Positions 51,830-62,764 of a DNA stretch of 64,000 nt are shown here, piece by piece. Location: NCBI GenBank assembly GCA_040954595.2, contig CM082582.2:6636063-6700062 (forward strand). Reading direction: 5' to 3'. Position 1 is the first letter of the stretch. The number at the start of each line of letters is the position of its first letter. The notes under the pieces were generated by a model that was given only the letters and a program-made list of their open reading frames with translations, did no database searches and was not told the DNA's origin. Made by a program: the position numbers and the translations under genes. This stretch comes from Balanoglossus misakiensis (lineage: Eukaryota > Animalia > Hemichordata).

Positions 51830-54800
51830 TCCTCACCATCATCATCATCATCACCACCCTCTACTCTCATCATCATCTCTCATCCTCATTCTCGTTCTCA
51901 TCACTCACCATCAGTATCTGTGAACTGGCTACAGTCCTGCGTGTTGCAGGCCATGACGACCACCTCGTTGCCGGGGCAGGAGCCGTCCATCCTCCAGCAC
52001 GTCCGGGACTTGCTGCGCACGCCGTTGGAGCACGACTTGGAACACTCCGACCACGTGGTCCACTCGTCGAACCCGTTCTTGTCCAGCGTCTTTTGGACGC
52101 CGTACGGGGCACTGTACGTGTAGAACTCCAGCTGGTGCTGGAAGCCCAGCACGGTGCACTCCTGTCGATACACCAAAAAGAACTGGCCGTCGTAGTCGAT
52201 CTCGCCACTCCGCAAGTGATACTCGATGTTGTCCAGAGTGTTGCTGTTGTACAACGTGACACCGAAGAGGAAAGAATAGAAGGTTTCATCCACGAGGTCC
52301 GGCATCAGGCTGGCGAAAAGTTCCTCTAAGAATTCACTGGAGATACTAGTACTGGGCGAAAGATCGCTCGAGGTACTTTCACTGTCGCTGATGCTGCCGG
52401 AGGCCGGTAGCATGTTGATTAACGTGATCATTTCCTCGATGGTGTTAACCAAGTCCAGGGAGGTGATACGTCCGTCGGCAAACGCATCGCTGTAGATGTC
52501 GTTCAAAGACTTTGTGTCGGGGTCTGTCTGAGAGCCATTGCCCACCCTTGCAGCCATGTAATCGTAGGCATCTAACAGACCGCCCAGTTGGAATTCCTCT
52601 GACACGGCGGGAAGTTTGAAAACCATCAGCCCGTACAGAAATCTCTGGAAGATCTCGGCGTCGACCGTCATGTCCGCCTGTGTGGACAGGACCAGGAGAT
52701 CGATCAAGAAGCCGGCACTCCACTGGTTGCTGTGGAAGATCTGATCGATGATTTGGAGAGCGGTGATGAAATCCGCCAGTTGAGCTTCGGAAAACTGGAG
52801 TTGCTGCATCAGTTGGTCGGAAATGAGATCGGTGTCGAGCCTCCCCTGGCTCGTGATGGACATCTCCAGGAGCACGGGCAGGGAAGAGGGGTTCATGCCG
52901 AACGACTGGGCCTCGGCGACCAGCAGCCGCAGTTCGCGGTCGAGGTCCTTCAGATCCATGAGGAAGCCCACGCCCAGCTCGGTCAGCGGGAAGTTGTGCG
53001 ACGGGATCTCCACGTTCTGGGTGAAGCCGCTCTCCAGCACGCCGCAGTCGATGGACGAGGGGCTGTCCGTGCCCACGTAGGAGATGCCGTTCGTCAGGGA
53101 GAAGGCGGAGTAGAACCGCCGGGACGACGGCGATGACGAGAAACTCGCGGCGCTGGCGTAGAACGTGTCCTGGACGACGTAGGCCGAACTGCCGGCAAAC
53201 AGATCGCCGTACTGCGCCGCACTGGCGACAAACGACACTTGCGAGGACATCTTCTGCACGATGTAGTAAAGATCGGTCACGTGGTCAGTTTCGAGCCACG
53301 CCGTTTCCATGGCGTAACTAGTTGCCGAGTGACTGCTGCCATCAGATGTGATCAATACCCCATCGTTAAGCGCCCCTCTCCATATGGTCTGTGTCTTCGT
53401 CAAACTTATAAGCCCTGCAAAAGAGAACAAAAATAAAAATATCTACCAAAGATTGCGGTCTAAATGTATATAGTTGAGTTTGGGTGGCACACAATGATCA
53501 AATGTTGAAATTTGGCGGGTGCAATGTTGAAGTAAATCAATCTTCATCAAATGCACATGCAGAATGAGGGACAATATTTTCTTACCATCTGTGAACTGAA
53601 CAGCATACAAATCTGAAATAACAAAACATAACGTTTTTGGTCAAATCTTGTATAAAAATATAAAACTTCTTTTTCATTTACATATGTTTTTAAATATATT
53701 TGTAATATTTTTTCAACAATAACAAAGACCATTGGAGGTTTGATTGGTAAAACTTCTCCTGTATATTATTAGTAATACATACTTCTTGATCATGGTGGAC
53801 ATCAAATTACCTGTATAAACCTCTACCTCGCACAACGTCAGGTAATTGGTCTGCTGTTCCAGTTGAACGCTGGCGTATCTCCCCAGCAGGGACCGACAAT
53901 CGAACCCAGACACGGGCTCCGTTGAAGTCACTTGGCCGCAGACGTCGTTCTCCAGAATGGTCGGTGACGGTCCCACTCTTACCACGGCACCCAGAAGTCT
54001 TTCGCCTGGCAAAGGAAATTATTCACACTGACACTCAAGGTGAAAAACTCAGTTGACAATCAATCTTCACTATAGATCACCTGTAGTGTACGTCCAAGTT
54101 TTCAGTTTTGTAAATTAACAAATCGCAGGTTTTGGTATCAAGAATAATCAATCAGAGTACATTGCGAGTAACAGTGTCGTATTTAGTTTGTTTAATTATA
54201 GCTCACTCACCACAGCAGTCCCCTCTATTGGTCAGAACGACGTGATTGACAACATAGTCGTCGGCCAAGTCCACTCTCCACCAGGATTCGAACTCAAACT
54301 CAGTGTGAGTACAACTCAGTGATATGTCGAAGTTTGAATTGGTATTTCCATCGACGGCGCTCGAAGCCACAACATTCGGACCGGACTGAAGGTAGTCTGA
54401 GCTCTGTTCGGCGTTCTTTCCTCGGGCGATGTTTGTGAGACCTGTATCGAAACAGAGATATTGGCACATATCAGGGGCAGTTGATTGCCTCTGACAAGGA
54501 AATTGGGATGGACGATCTGCCTGCACTGTCACAGTCATTATGATTATTGCATATGACGACACATGTGCATTTTGCGAATAGATGTTTTTGCAGATAAGGC
54601 ACACGGAATATCACATCCTTCACCTCATCACCCTTGTAGGAAGTTTTATGTTCACAATATACTTACCGAGGGATCGTTCACATCGGGTTTCCGCTTGCTG
54701 AATTTCCTCAGAAGACAGGAGGCGACTGTAGACTTGGAGACACGTCACCATGCCGTGAAAGTACCTGTTATTGCCGTCGACCGCGCCCACCCTCACCTCG

Positions 54801-57800
54801 AACTGCGTGGCAAGAGGCATGACGCCGACGTTGTCGCTGGCCACCACCGCGCCGTCGCGGAACAGCCGCACCATTCCCGTGGCGCTGTCGTAGGTGAACC
54901 CGATGTAGTTCCACGCCGACTGCACCAGCGCGTTGGCGGCCGCCACCTCCGCCTGCCGCTGCAGGTCGCGGCGCACCAGGACGACCGCGAAGTCGCTGGC
55001 CGCCGTCTGCCACAGGCGCACCCCGTCGCCGTTGCGGTTGAACTGCACCACGGGTCCCCGCGTCCCCAGCGGGAACACCTTCACCAGCAGCGTCATGGAC
55101 CGCTGGTCGACGTCGTAGGCGCCGTCGTTGGGGAACTCCACGAAGGAGTGGGGCTTGTTGCGGAACCTGTAGACGCCGTCCGGGTGGCCCGCGGCGTCGT
55201 ACACCAGGACGGCCGTCGAAGAAGCCTGGCCATGGTTTCGGCCCGGCGTCACGTCGTCCACTTTGAACACACCGTTCATGGGCCACAACGCGCCGGGACT
55301 GGGCAGCTCAGACGCTGTAGTCAAAGACAATAGCATTGACCGGTGTGAAACACACATCAAGTAAATTTAACATAAAACCCATTCCTTCTGTGACATTTTT
55401 TGCTCCCTGACCCCCATTGGTGATATCATTCAATAGTTTTCTTCCAAGCTAGGTCCAACTATGCAATAATTATGACATTAAAAAAATATATTTTAATTTA
55501 CATATCGAGTATAATAAAAAATATTTTTTTTACATTGATCCAACTCTTAATGGCTTATGGGAACAGACTAAAAATAGTAGCATATACAATAAAATACACT
55601 TCTGGGTTTAATACACAAAATCATCCCTAAAATTATTCTATTTTCTATATGCAAATTACTGCACAAGAATGGGAAAAAACTGTACGGTTAGACAGCTTAA
55701 AAGTAAGTCAAGGGAATGTACCAGTATGGTGGTAGGCTGCCTTTTCCTATCTTACAAAAACATTCCGACAGTCACTCAGCTGAGAAAAAGAATGAGTAGA
55801 ATGAGTACATGGAGAGAGAAAAGGACACTTACTCTGGGACTCGGGTGACGGGACCAAAGTCACCGGCCGTTGTGGTTGTTGTTGGGGTGAGCCGGACAGG
55901 TAATCTCCACTCTCTATTTCCTCTTCCGTGATGCCGTACATGGGGTCCTCATTGGGGTCGTACTTGAACGACAGCTCGTCGTCCAGGAAAGCTGTGTATC
56001 TGTCCTCCGTGCTGGCTCCAAGGCATCCCTGACGGAGAGACGAAGACGATAAAAAGAGGACTACCGGTACAATACTTTGGATTCACTAGAACTGGAAGTT
56101 ACAAGAAGCAAGTAATAACCGCAACAGGACAAGTAAGATACACATAGCTTATACTTGATAACTCTCTTTATAGAACAGTGATGCAGACTGATGACTGAGC
56201 CATCTGACATTTCTCATTATCAAAACAGTGCATGGCCATTTTCATAGATAGACCAGGCACAACTATGAACAACGGCGTTAAATATCCCGTCACTTCTCAG
56301 ATCATTCGAAGGTCACAGCAAGTTACAGTTGACAGGCAATTATGTTATCCACCCCATTTTGTCCACGTGTAAAACTAAGTGTACCACCACTGAACGCAAA
56401 TATGTAGGGTCTTTAATAACCCTTTCACCCCCCCCCCCCCAAAGTTGAGAGGTCCAACCTTACCATAGAAAACAATGGGCCTGGACTGAACCACGGTGGT
56501 GAAAGGGTTAACCAAAGGCAGATCACTTACTCTGGTGGAGTACAATAGATGCTCTCCTCTGCAGACCAGAAACAGCTGCAACTGCAGCACGTACTTGTCC
56601 CTGAGAAATGCTGGAGAGAAGTTGACTTCTAAGGTGATATTTTCTCGGTGCTTCGCACCGGTTCCCTCGCGCAAGTCCTCGCCGCGTTGATTCACCAGTC
56701 GCACAATGGTGACCTAGTTGATATCATCAATAAACAATATCAGCAAGTTATATAAATAAAAACTAAAAGTGCCTTTAAGTCACCTGGTGTGTGAGAAATA
56801 GAATCTCACACACCAAGGACCTGGGATGATATTCTCAGACTTGTCGGAGGGAAATCCCCAGAAATCTAGTCCCTAGTCCATTGGAGGCGTGACATTCTAC
56901 CGTATTAATCTCCAGGAATAGTGTAACTTACTGTGATGCTGTCAGTGGCTTCATCTATGGCCTGTATTACTGTTTGCAAGGTCAGTGCAGTCTCCACTGA
57001 CCGAGGAGTTTCGTCGACTTGTACACACCCTACAGGAACCAACAGTTTTCAAACAGCATCAGAAAGTTCTCACTGCACTTTATTGTCTGAGATCATTCTC
57101 AGGCCAAGCAAATCAAATCCTGCAGTTCTCCACAACACAACATTTTGAACGGAACAAAACTGCAAATGTTGCAAAAATAGCGTCTAAGGGCACTGTGCTC
57201 CCATTTGATTAGAATTGATAATTTCAAGTATGACATAAAAACTATTACATCAGAAATTTCCCATTTTACAGTAGTACCTACCAGTGTTGGTCGTAATATT
57301 CTCACACTCATTTGCATAATAATCAAACTGGAAACTTCCGGCCGCACCGATGGGCTGACCACTAGTCATGGTCGACATGTCTACCTCCAGTTCGAATTTG
57401 AACTCCCAACTCTGCTTGCAGAATCCATCTTTGACAATCTGGCACACCGGAGAAGAGGAGGGATCTGAACTGGGCTGTGAAGTAAAAAAAAAAATTCCAG
57501 TAAAAAGTGCGTCATGATTTACTTTTTCTACCTTACAAGTACAAGAAATAAATTGACTTCACGTCGGTACAGGCTGTAACACGACTTACCGACTCGATGG
57601 TCTGTGTCAATCTGTTGGCCGGGTTGTCGGAGACAAAGGCGACCGAGTCTTCCTTGTACACGTTCATTTGATTCTCTTCAACGGGAGAGATTGTGGATAT
57701 ACCGAAGATGAGGTAGGTACGTGAAGGGTCGGGACTGCCGTCCGCAAGCAGAACAGGCTCCACGATAGCGAAATCAAATTCCACTTGCAACTCCACAGCT

Positions 57801-60087
57801 GAGCTGATCACCGCCCTAAAAAAATAGATTCAAAAGATCTGTGCTATAAACTAAAAAGCGACCAGCACTGCAACTTACTTCAAAATGACAAATCTTGCAA
57901 GCCTCCAAATGACCACTCCCTCTGGCCACAGAGGGAGCTGTTTGGAGGAAATCAGTGGTACATGTCTGCAATTTTTTTTTTTTTTTTTTTTGTGGGGGGG
58001 GGGGGGGTCAAGTTCTCTATAAATTACAGTGAAATACTGCCAACTTACTTCAAAATGACAAATCTAGCAAGCCTCCAAATGAGCGAAATGTGACTCTGCA
58101 CGTATGCCACCGGCACGGCATTGAAAGCACTGTAACCGTCCAAGGTCAGGGCTGGTCGCACATTGCTGACATACATGACAGTGTTGGCCTCTATCTCCTC
58201 GTCATTGATTTGCATATCCCAGACTCGGCTCCCATCAACGCGTTCACACTCGAAGAAAGTGGAGATGTTGCCAACAAACATTACCTAGGATTTAAAAAAA
58301 TACAGAAACATATAGGCGCATTTAAACAACCACTCAACCTAGCAGCACCCGCTACAATCATTCCAGCTATGCTGAGCTGTGTATTGATGATTGCACGTTC
58401 CTCTGGGCGGTTCAAGTAAACAGTATAAGCTCAGTATTGTAACACATTTTCTGTGAACGATACCTGGTACTTTCATGGTAAGAGGAGTGGAATATATGGT
58501 TGAGAGATCGTGCCTCGCGACGCCAGTACCGGTACATGTTGTTCAACGACGGTCAGGGCTCCACGTGTATACTGACGACGTTCATGTGTCCAGTGACCTG
58601 CTCTGACCTTGGTGGCTGACATGGTATAAAAAATGAACAGCGCCATCTTTCGACGGTACCACGGCACAACATTTAAAACGTGTCACAACTTACATTGTCA
58701 CTTCGAAATGTCTCGTTGAGGTCATAATTGCCCCTGGTGTAGAGATTAAACAGCAGCTTATTTCCGGTGCCGGTGAAATTCTGGAAGAAATCGTCTCCAA
58801 AGTAGTCGTCTGCCATTGTTGCGTCTTGATAAATATTTGAACAGCTACCAGTGCTGGAGGATAGTAAATGTCCGTTATATTCGTCGATGACTGGAGTAGA
58901 CGTGCTGTATTTGAATGGTTGGAAATCAAGAACCCAGAGTTCGTCCGTCCCTAAATAAAAAGTAAGATAAAAAATTATATAGGGCTGAAGGTGGGGGCTC
59001 ATGCATAAGTTTACATCTGGGCCCTCCCCTAGCTGTGGAAACGCAAAGCTGTATAAACGTAAGGGGTGGGATATGCCCCGCACGGTAAAGCTACGTTTCC
59101 ACAGCTAGCCCACTCCATAACATTTCATTGGCAGCTACCTGTTTTTTGTAAAATGACACCATACTTTATTGAATATTTGAAATGGGTATGTTACATTACT
59201 GTCTTGAAGAAATGGACCCTGACGTATGTATGCACTGATCGCCGAATCCTGTGGTTGAAACGAACTTGATCCCGACATTTCTACCGTAAGACTGTGAAAT
59301 ATATAGTCGACAGGTATATGCTTTAGGCCTACATTCAGATAATCACCGTGACTCAACGATCAATGTCCGCATTGTACTGTGACTGATCGATTGTCACATG
59401 TCAGACCTATCCGCGAGAGTGATCATTATGCGATGCAGGTGCGTATAGGATCATTAGGCCTTATACCAAAAAAAAATCAATAAAGTCACTTTTAAAAAGT
59501 GCAGGTAGCCTACGTGTGACGGGAAACGGGGTCGCGAGGGTCGGAGGGCACCAAACCACGCGCGATCAAAATCAAAACCCATTCAGGGATGGCGACAATC
59601 GAAAATGTGAAAACTGTACAAACAAGTGGGATGGGACGTCAACATGGGATCGATACGACGATGCATTGCCCATCAGTGGTAGTACTTTACGTATACCACT
59701 CTGGATCGGTGATCGCATATTGGCATACGGATAGCTAGCTTCTATGTAACTACATGTACGTTTAATTGCTAATCCCCGTGATTCCTAACGATACTTTACA
59801 CCCCACCCACCCCACCCTGCTGAGTTGGTGGGGGGCACACAGAAACGAAGGAAACAAAATCAAACCCACAACCTACCTGCCACGTTCTCGACGCTGATGT
59901 CAAGCTCGGTGAAACCGTCGACAACTCGGAACGTCTGAACGACGGCCCGGCCCATATTCCCGAAGAGATCATCCTCCGTTCTATCCGACAACGTTTCACC
60001 GAAGCGCCCTTCGAGGCCATGCGATGAAAAATCGAGAATAATCAGAACGCACAGAAGGAAATACGGTAGCGGCAGCGCAATCGCCAT
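46729..60087 (-). CDS. 22-exon secreted mosaic protein (~1930 aa): signal peptide, ARIS/FREM2-C-terminal-like scaffold, inserted LamG, F-type lectin, unknown region plus TSP1, C-type lectin and unnamed domain, then furin sites, Cys-rich module and GPI/TM tail
   Basis: Exons in transcription order, phases consistent: 60087-59877, 58950-58694, 58284-58049, 57815-57590, 57474-57282, 57029-56932, 56713-56531, 56028-55833, 55314-54667, 54441-54211, 54005-53811, 53414-51909, 51650-51498, 51004-50863, 50657-50590, 50429-50248, 49779-49622, 49352-49159, 48888-48832, 48564-48424, 48118-47898, 47025-46729. Total 5793 nt. Signal peptide MAIALPLPYFLLCVLIILDFSSHG; hydrophobic end PWLIVLISVLLSVFHIIVFYS*. 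Minus-strand AATAAA at 46583-46588. Confidence 0.85.
47154..47770. mobile_element. Palindromic non-autonomous DNA transposon (MITE), 609 bp with TTAA target-site duplication; Kolobok/T2-type termini
   Basis: TTAA (47154-47157), then AGGGGAAATCCGTCG ... CGACGGATTTCCCCT, then TTAA (47767-47770). Inverted arms of ~250 bp with high identity. Lies in the last intron of the minus-strand mosaic gene. Confidence 0.9.
50590..51650 (-). other. C-type lectin-like domain, 3 exons
   Basis: AKSYCVGRGGRLARIKS..YI; YFLDMTDTEHEGIFKYSNG..YATW..NPDD....EDCVTL; KFNDYPC....FICEY. Confidence 0.88.
51694..51890. repeat. (CAT/CAC)n trinucleotide microsatellite filling most of an intron
   Basis: Visible array between exons 53414-51909 and 51650-51498. 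Confidence 0.95.
51909..52090 (-). other. Thrombospondin type-1 repeat
   Basis: DEWTTWSECSKSCSNGVRSKSRTC....CPG......CNTQDC. Confidence 0.93.
53811..54441 (-). other. F-type (fucolectin/FTP) lectin domain, 2 exons
   Basis: NIARGKNAEQSS..AVDGN..CTHT..WWRVDL..NRGDCCGERL..GRYASV..YLTLCEVEVY, with an exact H-x26-R-x-D-x4-R motif. Confidence 0.93.
54667..55314 (-). other. LamG/concanavalin-A-like (pentraxin-like) domain exon
   Basis: LWPMNG...SFVEFPNDG..SMTLLVKVFP...WNYIGFTYDSATGMVRLFRDG...YFHGMVTCLQVYSRLLSSEEI. Confidence 0.85.
56417..56511 (+). mobile_element. ~95-bp MITE, best-preserved copy (piggyBac-like TAACCC..GGGTTAA ends)
   Basis: TAACCCTTTCACC...GGTGAAAGGGTTAA terminal inverted repeats around the core AGAGGTCCAACC..CATAGAAAACAATG..GGACTGAACCA. 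Confidence 0.8.
57871..57912 (-). repeat. 42-bp intronic copy of the 3' end and splice donor of exon 3 (58041-58082)
   Basis: CAACTTACTTCAAAATGACAAATCT[T/A]GCAAGCCTCCAAATGA at both positions, 170 bp apart, one mismatch. Confidence 0.9.
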
Positions 60088-61775
60088 CGGTAGTCAACAG
60101 AACGAAGCGAAGGCGAAGACTGGGCGTTACAATCACCTGCTTTCCCGCAAGTGCTGTACTCGGGAAAGTCCGGGGGAAAGTCTCGGACCGCCAATTTATA
60201 GTTCCAGGTGTTGTATAATAATATTCCATGTTCACATGCTAATAAGCTGAATAACAATGAATAAACGACGCCGGGTATTTCTGTTACTGCAATCGTATCG
60301 CCGAATAGACCGTTTAATCAACGTGGACCAGCTAACCTTTTATCAACTGGCTGAAGTGTTCAATTTCTCAAATTTTGCTTCTAAATCTGTTATAAACTTA
60401 CAAGACTAGCAAATTTTCGGTAAATTATGTTGAAATGCGATGTAACGGAAAACGGTTGTCTGATTGGTCAATGAAAAACTGTACTTGACGACGTCATCTA
60501 TCACAGCTGTCAATCCTGTTGGCAGAACCAGCTATTAGTATTCATAAGCGCTAAAAGCAGGTGCGACTCAAGAGATGCTGCATGCATACAACCAGGTGTT
60601 CACTCCTTCGCTAGACGCATTCAAATTTACAATGCAACAGGTGTTTTTTTCAGGGGGTGACATGTCCCCCCCTCCCCCCAACTCTGGGGGGAAGTTGATG
60701 CTCATTGCGAGCGCACAGGTTGTGTTAAGTTAACTAGGTGAACGGCCGGCATTTTCGCGTACATGGACTGGTCAACTGTTGAGTCCCATCATAACGTTTC
60801 AACGGCGTCTTTACATTCTTATAGGGAACGTTATATATATACCGCTGTTTTATACCGTCGTCTCGACTCTTTCTAAATTGCAGTGATTTTTTGCGGTACA
60901 GAAAAGGTGACGCCCACTACTTGACAAAGTGACACTATAAAAAGTAACATTGCATTGGTATAGAACAGGAAAAATATTTTGCATAACCGAAAATAGACTA
61001 GTAGAACCGGTAAATATATTTGCCAGTTGTAAAATAGAGACCGTACCGATGATCCAGCTTCTTGAGCTTTTAAAGGTAGCTGATATTGTTACACATTGCT
61101 TATCAAGTACAGACGAAAGTGGTGAATTTTGAGATGGGCACACGTACTGGAACACAATCTGATTAAAATCAGATTTAGGGTACGGCGACGTCTTTTAGCT
61201 CGCATAAGAATACCGTACATTTAAAAAAGCTCTGAACACCAATCGCCCCTGCAAACTTACAACATGTAGTCATTGCACTAGAAAAGGATGGAAGGAGAAT
61301 GTTTGGGCTAGGCATGTTTCCGATTTTGAAAACACATTTTGCTGATGGTGTATGCGCATGTGTCCATTCGTGAGCGTGTATCATTCCTTGCATTCTGGGT
61401 AGAGGTAGTGCCCATCTCAGCACGGTGTTTCAAAAATAACGCTGGCCATCGAAACCTAGTTTTTTGCTTTTTGCGGGTTCTAGCACTTTAGGCCTTTACA
61501 TAGACAAGCCTCTGGTTGCCTTTTGCGGGTTACTAGTACTTTGGGCCTTTACATAGGCGTGCAAGCCTCTGGTTGGACGTTTATGTTAGACCACAGACAA
61601 AGAGAAACAGTCTGTTTTTTCTCTCTTTTGTATGTGGTTAGACCAAAATAGAGCGTTGTTCTATAAAGGCCCACAGATACGAGTGCCCAATACATCAGAT
61701 AACTGAAAGGTTTCGAGGACAACCATTTTCCTGACGAGCCATCTCCGTGGTGCTTACTAGCTACGATACCTGAAG
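60088..61775. promoter_or_regulatory. Divergent promoter region between the mosaic gene and the micro-protein gene
   Basis: Minus-strand TATAAA at 60195-60200 (~110 bp upstream of ATG 60087) and plus-strand TATAAA at 61662-61667 (~115 bp upstream of ATG 61776). Confidence 0.55.
61466..61575. repeat. Two-copy tandem duplication, unit ~55 bp
   Basis: TTTTGCGGGTT.CTAG.ACTTT.GGCCTTTACATAG..CAAGCCTCTGGTTG occurs twice. Confidence 0.85.
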
Positions 61776-62764
61776 ATGAAAAGGGCGGCCATAATTCTGT
61801 TTACAGTTTTGTTTGTGAGTTTCTTTGCTCGCGATGCACTCGGCGGCGTCCGACGTGGCCGGCTCAGGCCAATGCGGCTGACCGAAGAGAGGGCTAATTT
61901 GGTCGAAACCCCAAATATAATCACGTGAGTTATGCTTTAAAGGGACATTAATAGCTATATCTGTGGGCTTTATTGTCAGTATGTTTGGTCTGTGTGCCAA
62001 ATGCAATCACCTAGGCTAATCTAACCGGCAACCGGCCTGTCAACGTATGTGTGTGTGTCACAAACATATGGTGTTTTTGTTGACAAATGAATTAATTCCT
62101 GCAAATATGAGATCGCACCGCGAATTTGGAAGCGGCATTGCCAAACCAAGCATTTCGATTTTCAAATACATCCCAGCCAAGTAAACACTTTGCATCCGGG
62201 CTTTTTCACAATGCATTTGATGCCTGCTTTGATTGAACGCACCTCGTATATATAAATATATAATTTCACCACAAAGTATTATTAGACTACCATAATTTCA
62301 CACACAAAAGTAGAATAACCGAAAAATACTAGTAGGTATTTTATACAATGTATTTTTTCTTCTTTTTTTCTGTCGTTATAGCAGCGAGGATAGAGCCGAG
62401 GGAATTGAAGTGCGAGAAATCATGAAGAAAGCTCCAGCCGAAACCATGTGAGTAAACGTATCCGCAAAACGTCTAAAATATATTCCTCCGCACGTGGTGC
62501 GGCCACAGTTCACTCTAAACGTATACATGTACATGGACGTACAAGATGTAGTCCCACAAATCATCATAGATTTCATGCGTAAAACATTTTTTTCTTATCT
62601 TATTAAAAACAGTGAAGTGTTAGTTATGGTAAGTTGCAAAATTACTTAATTTCCATCCCAAGATAGATAACTACCTTTTATTTATTGAATTGTAAAATAT
62701 TTTCGCATTATGTTTTTTTCACAGTAAAGAAACGAACGAAGAAGTTCATGGATGGAGGAAATAG
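61776..62764 (+). CDS. Putative 84-aa secreted micro-protein or peptide precursor, 3 exons
   Basis: Exons 61776-61924 (|gtgagt), 62382-62447 (polypyrimidine tract+tag; |gtgagt), 62725-62764 (ttttttttcacag|), both junctions phase 2. Translation MKRAAIILFTVLFVSFFARDALG-GVRRGRLRPMRLTEERANLVETPNIITSEDRAEGIEVREIMKKAPAETIKETNEEVHGWRK*. TATAAA at 61662 and ATTAAA at 63060. Confidence 0.72.

Noticed and set aside
51514-52329. Poly-His, poly-Ile, poly-Met and poly-Asp ORFs
   Set aside because: These are translations of an intronic (CAT)n microsatellite plus the antisense of a real exon.
54563-55333. 256-aa plus-strand ORF and similar antisense ORFs over the Kelch gene and other GC-rich exons
   Set aside because: Shadow frames of GC3-rich coding sequence with no independent protein features.
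57282-57385. Earlier donor at 57385 for exon 5 of the mosaic gene
   Set aside because: It is phase 0 and incompatible with the next exon; the donor at 57282 keeps the frame.
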